A program made the translations under genes and the position numbers. A stretch of DNA of 64,000 nt from positions 27,480 to 91,479 of the forward strand of contig BTVV01000011.1 in NCBI GenBank assembly GCA_045863855.1, given 5' to 3'. Positions within the stretch are counted from its first letter, which is position 1, and each line of letters opens with the position of its first letter. Below, piece after piece: positions 57,489 through 64,000 of the stretch. This DNA is from Planctomycetota bacterium. Its GTDB lineage: Bacteria; Planctomycetota; SZUA-567; H5-PLA8. The notes beneath the pieces are model-generated. The model was not told the origin of the DNA. It searched no databases and saw only the letters and a list, made by a program, of their open reading frames with translations.

Positions 57489-58610
57489 GTGAAGATCGCG
57501 GTCATCGGCGGCGGAGGCGTAGGCAGCGCCGCGGCGCGGCATCTGGCCCGCGACGGACACGATGTCGTGGTCCTCGAGCAATTCTCCGTCGATCACGACC
57601 GCGGCAGCAGTTACGGCGAATCGCGCGTTACGCGCAAGACCTACGCCGACGAACTCCTGACGGAATTGATGACCGCCGCGTACCCGCTTTGGGACGACCT
57701 GCAGTCCGAGGCCGGAGAGGAACTGTTTGTCCGCGCCGGCGGGCTGTATTTCGGCCCCGAAGGCCACCCCGATCTGCTGGGCATCGAAGCGGCGCTGGCC
57801 AAATTCGGAGTGCCGTACGACCGCTTGAGCGCCGCGGAGGCGCAGCGCCGTTTTCCGGCCTTCCGACTCATGCCCGGCGAGATCGGGATCGCACAGGCCG
57901 ATACCGGCTTTCTGCGCGCCAGCTCGTGCGTGCGAGCGAACTTGCGGCTCGCTGTCCAGTATGGCGCCGAGATTCGCGAACAGACCGTGGTCCGGTCCTT
58001 CGCGCCTGAAGGTTCGGGCTTTCGAATACAGACCGAGCAAGGCGATTTGTTCGCCGACCGCCTCGTCGTCACCGCCGGTCCCTGGCTGGCCCGGCTGGTG
58101 AGCGGCTTGCCGCTTGTCGTCTCGCGCCAGCAGTACGTGCACCTGAAGCCCTCGCGGAACGAAGATCTGTTCAAGCCCGGCGCTTTCCCGGTCTGGATCG
58201 AAGCCAAGTCCGAGGCCGTGGGCGAAATGTACGGCTTCCCGATCGATGGCCGCGTCCCCGGCGTGAAACTGGCTCAACACCGTCAGGGGCCTTCGTACGA
58301 TCCCGACCACGTGGACCGCGAATTGGACCCCAAAACCGCCGAGATGCTGCGCGCTTATGCCCGGGTGCGCATGCCCGACCTATCGGACGAGATCTCGTTC
58401 TCGAAGACGTGCTTGTACACCAACACGCCGGACCGCGTCTTTATCCTGGACGAAGTGCCGGGGCGGCCCGGCGCCGTGACCGTGGGCGGTCTGTGCGGCG
58501 AAGGCTTCAAGTTCACGGTTCTGTTTGGAAAGATCGCCGCCGATTGGGCGGTGGGCAAAAAGCCGCGCTTCGATCTCTCCCGCTTCCGCGCCACGCGCTT
58601 TTCCGCGTAG
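57489..58610 (+). CDS. solA: Monomeric sarcosine oxidase / N-methyl-L-tryptophan oxidase-like FAD oxidoreductase
   Basis: GGGGVG, HDRGSSYGESR, TAGPWL, KTCLYTNTPD (flavinylation Cys), GxGFKF. Substrate uncertain. Confidence 0.85.
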   Translation: MKIAVIGGGGVGSAAARHLARDGHDVVVLEQFSVDHDRGSSYGESRVTRKTYADELLTELMTAAYPLWDDLQSEAGEELFVRAGGLYFGPEGHPDLLGIEAALAKFGVPYDRLSAAEAQRRFPAFRLMPGEIGIAQADTGFLRASSCVRANLRLAVQYGAEIREQTVVRSFAPEGSGFRIQTEQGDLFADRLVVTAGPWLARLVSGLPLVVSRQQYVHLKPSRNEDLFKPGAFPVWIEAKSEAVGEMYGFPIDGRVPGVKLAQHRQGPSYDPDHVDRELDPKTAEMLRAYARVRMPDLSDEISFSKTCLYTNTPDRVFILDEVPGRPGAVTVGGLCGEGFKFTVLFGKIAADWAVGKKPRFDLSRFRATRFSA

Positions 58611-58630
58611 CCGGCCCCCAAGGCCTGCCG

Positions 58631-59473
58631 ATGCCGCGTAGACTCAAGCTCATCTTCGAATACGACGGCACCGAATTTTACGGCTGGCAAAGCCAACTTT
58701 CGTCGAACGCCACAGCGCCGGCGCCGGTGCGTACGGTTCAGGATACGATCGAGGCCGCCTTGGCCGCGCTGATCGGACGCGAAATACGCATCCAGGGCGC
58801 CAGCCGCACCGACGAAGGCGTGCATGCTGCCGGACAGGTCGCTCATCTGGATTGGCCCGACGACCTCGCTATTGAGCCCGAACGGGTTGCCCGCGCACTG
58901 AATAGCCACTTGCCCGGCGATGTCGTCTGCCGCCGATCGGAAGCCGTGCCGCCCGAGTTCCACGCGCAGCGCTCGGCCACCGGCAAGATCTACCGCTACC
59001 GCATCCTGGCGCCGATGGACCGATCCGCGCTGTACCGGCGCTATCATTGGTTCCTGCGCTATCCGTTGGACGCCGAGGCGATGCGCGCCGGCGCGAAGCA
59101 TCTCATCGGCACGCACGACTGCTCGGCCTTCGTCGGCTCCCTGGATCCGACCCAAAATCAGCGTGTCGAAGAGGGAAAGCCGCCGCTCGATACCGTCCGC
59201 GAGATTCGCCGCATCGACCTGCACGAGGCGGCGCTGGAGTTTACGCCCCCTGGCGCGCGCGAAGCGCGTGTGATCGAGATCGATGTAGAAGGCGGGGGCT
59301 TCCTCTACAAGATGGTCCGTACGATCGTCGGCACGCTGGTGGAAGTCGGCCGCGGACGCTATCCGCCCGAATGGGTGGGGGAGGTGCTGGCGACACGCGA
59401 CCGCAAGCGCGCCGGTCCGACCGCTCCCCCCCATGGGTTGTGCCTGATGCAAGTCTTCTATCCCACCGAATAG
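58631..59473 (+). CDS. truA: tRNA pseudouridine(38-40) synthase
   Basis: YDGTEFYGWQ, SRTDEGVHA, KIYRY, GFLYKMVRTIVG, TAPPHGL. Confidence 0.96.
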   Translation: MPRRLKLIFEYDGTEFYGWQSQLSSNATAPAPVRTVQDTIEAALAALIGREIRIQGASRTDEGVHAAGQVAHLDWPDDLAIEPERVARALNSHLPGDVVCRRSEAVPPEFHAQRSATGKIYRYRILAPMDRSALYRRYHWFLRYPLDAEAMRAGAKHLIGTHDCSAFVGSLDPTQNQRVEEGKPPLDTVREIRRIDLHEAALEFTPPGAREARVIEIDVEGGGFLYKMVRTIVGTLVEVGRGRYPPEWVGEVLATRDRKRAGPTAPPHGLCLMQVFYPTE

Positions 59474-59578
59474 GCCTGTTCGACTCCCTGTTTCCGCAGT
59501 CTCGATTTGGTTCATCTGCGGCCTTGCGTTGGGCGATACCCCACTTATCCGCGACGCAATACCGGTGGGGGGCCGGCG

Positions 59579-60193
59579 ATGGGCATTTTGACGGACATCC
59601 TGCTCGTCTCGTTTTTAGTCTTCCAGACCTACATGGGCTGGCGCAGCGGTCTGCTCTGGCAGGCCGTGGCCATGGGCGCGGTGGGCTTCAGCGTCGTGTT
59701 GGGTTCGGCTGTCGCACCGGCGCTGGGCATGCGCCTGCTGGGCTCGGTGACCAGCGATCCCTTTCACGCCAAATTGATCGGCTTTCTGTTCGTCTCGGGC
59801 GCCGTGGCGCTGCTGCTGCGATTGGCGGCCACATGGGCCGAACATCAGGCCGAACAGGGCCTCCCGCGCAAAGAGCAGGAAATGCGCCGGGGTCAGGATC
59901 GCATCCTCGGCGGCATTTTTGGCGCGTTGAAGGCCTGCGTGATCGCCCTGGTGGCCGCAGCTTCCATCGTGAGCCTGTGGCCGCGCCAGCCGGCCTGGAC
60001 CGAATCGAAGCTCGTGCCGCCGCTGGCCGTGGCCGGTGCGCGGTTGCTTCCCGAAGGCGCGATCCAAGAACTCCACGTTTGGCTGGAAACCTCGGCCCAG
60101 GAAGTAGGCCGCGGCTTGAAGATCAAGCCCGCCGGCCAGCGTGCAGAGGAGATTGAAGAAGAAGGAACGCTCCGCGAAGCCTCGGCGCCTTGA
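59579..60193 (+). CDS. CvpA (colicin V production) family membrane protein
   Basis: DILL...MGWRSGL, DRILGGIFGALK, ESKLVP; four TMs. Confidence 0.8.
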   Translation: MGILTDILLVSFLVFQTYMGWRSGLLWQAVAMGAVGFSVVLGSAVAPALGMRLLGSVTSDPFHAKLIGFLFVSGAVALLLRLAATWAEHQAEQGLPRKEQEMRRGQDRILGGIFGALKACVIALVAAASIVSLWPRQPAWTESKLVPPLAVAGARLLPEGAIQELHVWLETSAQEVGRGLKIKPAGQRAEEIEEEGTLREASAP

Positions 60194-60208
60194 AGGGCCG
60201 CCAGGAGC

Positions 60209-60240
60209 AAAAAAAAAAGGGCGCCCCGAGGGGCGCCCTT
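60209..60240 (-). terminator. Rho-independent terminator, probably bidirectional
   Basis: A10 run then AAGGGCGCCCC/GGGGCGCCCTT stem. Confidence 0.85.
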
Positions 60241-60266
60241 CATTTCTTGACCTAAACCAATCATTA

Positions 60267-61646
60267 CTACTGATCCATGTTCTCCAGCATCGTGCTCGTC
60301 AGAATCCGCGGAATGCCGGTAAACCAACCTTTCTTGTTGGGCGCCACCAGTGCGCCGAACACAAAGGAGCCAGAACAGGTTTCCAGGCCGACTTCCACGA
60401 TCTGGTTTTCCTCAAGGAAGGTGGCCCCATCGAAGACGCCGTTTACGCTGAAGGCGCCGTCTTCGAACCAGTCGGTAACCGCCGTCAACTTGCCAGTCTT
60501 GAGGTTAATGACTACCGATACGAACACACCTTCATTGCCGCGCGGACGCCGATAGGTGAAGATGGTGCCGTCGGCGTTGACCGTGAAGTCTTCGGCGTCG
60601 ATACATTCGCCGACTTCGCCGATACCCAGGCAGATGCCTTCGCAGAGTTCGAAATCGTCCTCAAATAAGTCGGGCAAGAAAAAGGCGCTTAGCGTCGCGC
60701 GGTGCTCGAATAACTCTCTCGGCCTGCGCGAAAGTACGGCACTAGTGGTGAACTTGGCCGTGCGCTGGTCGATTTTCAGGCTGTCCACGAAGAACTCACC
60801 TTCAAGCGGAAACCCGACCTTGGCGTACTTGTAGGTGCCGATGACCGGAGCGTCTTCATTTTTCTGCGTGACGACGGCGCCCACGATGCTAACTCCGTAG
60901 CCTTCCAACCCTTCGAATCCGATACCAAAAAACAGCGGAACGATGTCGATCATGGGGATGTCTCGGGCGCCCGCCGTGTCGGTGGTGTTAATGATTCCGG
61001 ACAGCGAAACCTGCTTGCAGTCCACCGAGAATTCGCCCGTCATGGGGTTCACGGTCACGGTTACAACGGGGAGAGAACCCTTGGGGTTCTTCCATACGAT
61101 CTTGGTCGGAGTAACCGTAGCGGGTACGGGGTTAATGTGGCAAAACGGATTCAACTCCAAGACGCCGCCGAAGAACTCGAACCCGAAGCCGATTCCCACG
61201 GGAAACTGGCCTAACTGAGAGAGCCGCGGCAGATCCATGATGGCTCCGCGGGGACCGACGCTGTCGTCCTGTCCGCCAAAGTCAGGTTCTTCGACTTGGC
61301 CCGTGACCAAAGCGGCCAGATTGATAATGCCTTCCACCGAGAAGGAATCTTCGGCCGGCTCTTCATCAACAGTTCGTTTCAGAAACGGTTCGTTAATCGT
61401 GAACTTGGCGCTGGTGATGAGGAGCGACTGGCCCACATCGACGCCGCAGCGAGGCGCGACCGAAGGCGCAGTGACGCCGTTCCATGAGTCGATGCCGAGC
61501 GTGGGAGGCAAGGGGGCGGCGCGGAAACCATTGGGGTGCGACTCGGTAGCCGCGTAACCCGTTCCGGCGCTCAAGGTCACTACCACTATGGCTAAAAGGG
61601 ACAACATGCGCTCCCTATGCGCACTCGACTCCACACCAAACCGCAT
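60267..61646 (-). CDS. Exported acidic beta-rich protein made largely of the domain pair found at the C-terminus of 27055-30900
   Basis: AAGGAG RBS before the ATG at 61646; signal peptide (GYA-A); ITSAKFTIN...DSFSVEGIINL. Confidence 0.75.
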   Translation of the reverse strand: MRFGVESSAHRERMLSLLAIVVVTLSAGTGYAATESHPNGFRAAPLPPTLGIDSWNGVTAPSVAPRCGVDVGQSLLITSAKFTINEPFLKRTVDEEPAEDSFSVEGIINLAALVTGQVEEPDFGGQDDSVGPRGAIMDLPRLSQLGQFPVGIGFGFEFFGGVLELNPFCHINPVPATVTPTKIVWKNPKGSLPVVTVTVNPMTGEFSVDCKQVSLSGIINTTDTAGARDIPMIDIVPLFFGIGFEGLEGYGVSIVGAVVTQKNEDAPVIGTYKYAKVGFPLEGEFFVDSLKIDQRTAKFTTSAVLSRRPRELFEHRATLSAFFLPDLFEDDFELCEGICLGIGEVGECIDAEDFTVNADGTIFTYRRPRGNEGVFVSVVINLKTGKLTAVTDWFEDGAFSVNGVFDGATFLEENQIVEVGLETCSGSFVFGALVAPNKKGWFTGIPRILTSTMLENMDQ

Positions 61647-61794
61647 GGCTATCTCCTTGCTTAGGTTCTGTCCTGTCTCTGAGTCCGAAACGACCATGTT
61701 AGCCGTAAGTTTGCTAGACACCAAGACTTGTTTTGAGTTACGTGTTGGGCGGGCGCGTAAGTTCTCTTTCTGCAATGATTTACGATGGATTTGG

Positions 61795-62553
61795 TTAGCG
61801 GAATCGGACCTGCTGGTGGGTGGTTAAATCGTACTGTCCAGCCTGTGCGTAAAAGCCGAGCAATCTTCTTTCGTCTTCGCTGAATTGGGCGGCCAGCTCG
61901 GGCGGGGCGCTGCGCGCAAAATCCCACTGCGGCCGGACCCAACTGCGGCTGTAGTAAGCATGAATCGCTCGCCGTGGTTGGTTGGTGCGGTTTTGGCTTC
62001 CGGCGTGCCATAACCCCCCGTTGTACGCGATCACGCTCCCCGCCGGCGCCTCTAGCTGGATGGCCTCGTGTTCGAAAGCGGCCATCTTGTCGCGCCCAGG
62101 AAACGGCCTGTCATGGGAGCCCGGGACGACACGGGTACTTCCTTTCTCTCTCGTAAAGTCGTCGAGGCAGTGCAGGGCGTTGATGTACAAGGTCGATCCC
62201 GGGATCGTCTCGAATTGGTCGATGTGCAAGCCTTGGGTTTTGCCGCCCGGCGTCATCGTCAGGCCGTTCAGGCTCGCCAGGATGCAGTCGTGGCCGAGTA
62301 TTTCCTGCATCAACGGGTACAGTCGGGGATTCAGAGCGAAGCGGCGATAGAACGGATGCTTGAGCGGAAGGGCGTACGCGACTTGGTACGTCTCGTTCTT
62401 CCATCCGCGTTCGGAGGAGAAGGCCTCCTCGTTTTTAAAGATTTCGTCCAGAATGGAACGTGCTTCCTGAAGTTGGTCAGCATCCAGCACGCCTTCGATC
62501 ACGGCATACCCGCGCGTTCGAATGCATTCGACGTGATTGGCAACGAGAGTCAT
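61795..62553 (-). CDS. Phytanoyl-CoA dioxygenase (PhyH) family Fe(II)/2OG oxygenase
   Basis: GYAVIEGVL, LHID (HxD), GSTRVVPGSH, LWHAGSQN...RRA. Confidence 0.9.
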   Translation of the reverse strand: MTLVANHVECIRTRGYAVIEGVLDADQLQEARSILDEIFKNEEAFSSERGWKNETYQVAYALPLKHPFYRRFALNPRLYPLMQEILGHDCILASLNGLTMTPGGKTQGLHIDQFETIPGSTLYINALHCLDDFTREKGSTRVVPGSHDRPFPGRDKMAAFEHEAIQLEAPAGSVIAYNGGLWHAGSQNRTNQPRRAIHAYYSRSWVRPQWDFARSAPPELAAQFSEDERRLLGFYAQAGQYDLTTHQQVRFR

Positions 62554-62924
62554 GGGGTCGCTCCAAGAGTGTCCGGCCCGCCGGTTTCCATTGCGCGCCG
62601 AGCGCAATAGGTAAGTCTGTCAACCTGCTGTAAATCCCGCGCCGGGCATCGGTATTGCTTAATATACCTTACAGGTCGTGCCCAAGGTCGGCTGGTTAAG
62701 GCGTGAAATAGGTGCAAAGCTAGATGAGTAAAAGAGTTGAGTTTGTAGTGTTCGATTGGCGTGAGGCTGGAATCAGGTAAACAGGCCTGAAGGTTTGTTA
62801 GCGCCATGCGCAATATAATGACTGCAAGTGACTGGTGGACAGCAAACCAAGTTTGAGAAAGTGAGAACCTTCCTTCGCTTTGTGCGTCTTAGGTAAAGTA
62901 AGCGCCACCAACCGGGGACCGAGC

Positions 62925-63482
62925 ATGGTAAAGCTGATTCGCAGGGCGCTGGCCGGGTTTGTCCTGACTTCACGCGGTAGCCAGACGGCACTTCCCGAAG
63001 TTCCGCATCGGGAAGACGCCGTAGTCAGCCGGGCATGCGCGCTGCGCGGGTTTTCCGATAAGAACCGAGCGACTCAGATCTTCGCCCTGCACGGACACGA
63101 AGAAGCCGATGTGCTGCGCAGTTTACGCGGGGTTGTGGTGGACAACGACCGGCCGCCCAGCGCGATACAGTATGACCTAGGTATGAACCTGGTGGTCTTC
63201 CGAGGCGTCTTTGGGTCGGGCGGCTACGCGCTGGAAGTACGCTCAGTGAAACTCCAGGGGAAGACCATCGAGATCGAGTGCGATTTCGAAGACCCGGGCG
63301 ACGGCATCCGCACAACGGCGGGCTTTACTCAGCCTACGGCCATTATTCCACTCAAGCGCCTTCCGCCCGGTAAATACAATGCCCGGCTTACCGCTCGAGT
63401 CCTTTGCCGGTCGTCTCAAGGCGTAACTGAGAAGGCTTCTGCACGCCAAGTGGCGACCTTAGTCTTTAAGGTAACCGAGTAG
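62925..63482 (+). CDS. PrcB C-terminal-like domain protein
   Basis: G..GSGGYALEVRSV...PGDG...TAGFTQP..II pattern resembles PrcB_C. Confidence 0.6.
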   Translation: MVKLIRRALAGFVLTSRGSQTALPEVPHREDAVVSRACALRGFSDKNRATQIFALHGHEEADVLRSLRGVVVDNDRPPSAIQYDLGMNLVVFRGVFGSGGYALEVRSVKLQGKTIEIECDFEDPGDGIRTTAGFTQPTAIIPLKRLPPGKYNARLTARVLCRSSQGVTEKASARQVATLVFKVTE

Positions 63483-63952
63483 CCTGCCTACCTAGAGGCT
63501 ACCGATAGACTGTGCTGCCAGTGCGGCGATCCCTTAATTAGGCCTAATATTTCTGGACTCGTGGCGAGCATGCTCTGCATTTGCTTGCGATTCATATCGG
63601 GCGTTCGCCGCCCAAGCTGTTATGAATCCAGTCGCGTACATAGCCATCTGGCCTGCCGTGTGCGAAGCTTTTTAAGTAGGTTGAATAATGAGAATTCCAA
63701 CCTGGAAGCATGAGCGCATACCTGTGATGTGTTAAAAAGTAGTATGGCGCATGGGCCGGGATGCAGTAGGTTGAATCGGAATAGTGAAACAGATGAAATG
63801 GCGGCTACCCAAAGAACCCTTAAAATATTATCTATTTGACAAAGATGAAACAGACGGCTAAGGGGAACGGTTCGCGTTAGCACATACTCTCAATCAGTCA
63901 ATCTGGACCTGATTAGGTTAGTTTGGGAAAGACTTTAAGGAGAGGTCGAGGC

Positions 63953-64000
63953 ATGTCACGATTCGGCGGCGGGTTAACAAAAAGCAAGGGTCGCAAGAAG
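63953..64000 (+). CDS. Probable start of a CDS cut by the window edge (MSRFGGGLTKSKGRKK...)
   Basis: ATG at 63953 preceded by AAGGAGAGG; frame is open to the window end. Confidence 0.45.
   Translation, partial: MSRFGGGLTKSKGRKK

Noticed and set aside
55667..57505. 612-aa Ser-rich antisense ORF
   Set aside because: It is the reverse-complement shadow of Glu/Ala codons in the acidic protein gene.
1..64000. CRISPR arrays, tRNA/rRNA genes, transposases, integrases, phage or known defence genes
   Set aside because: I recognised no regularly spaced repeats, cloverleaf or rRNA signatures, or such protein motifs. Covariance-model and HMM scans were not possible, so a divergent small RNA could have been missed.

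Overview
A high-GC bacterial chromosomal segment with about 50 genes. The gene content suggests Planctomycetota (inference): many HEAT-repeat proteins, Hanks-type Ser/Thr kinases, FHA proteins, ECF sigma/anti-sigma pairs and large PKD-domain exoproteins. Housekeeping genes (csp, msrB, corA, apt, tal, dapB, thrC, truA, an aldehyde dehydrogenase, a solA-like oxidase, IHF/HU, a group 2 sigma-70 factor, bactofilin) are mixed with lineage-specific hypotheticals. I found no rRNA, tRNA, CRISPR array, transposase or prophage gene. The most interesting signals come from internal comparisons made by eye. (1) A possible modular signalling set: a receptor Ser/Thr kinase and a C4-Zn-finger membrane protein share extracytoplasmic modules, and the same Zn finger recurs in an FHA protein translationally coupled to a CPBP intramembrane protease. 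(2) Three exported proteins share an unnamed C-terminal beta-domain, and two of them carry a GDD/DGGNG repeat inserted into PKD-like domains. (3) A coupled pair of membrane-anchored helical paralogs has 15-residue Pro-punctuated repeats. (4) An HU domain with a truncated arm is fused to an unknown domain. (5) A very acidic membrane protein contains a basic island. (6) A ~190-bp intergenic palindromic element. (7) A recurrent 29-bp dyad IHF-like motif in intergenic DNA. All domain calls rest on motif recognition, not database searches.
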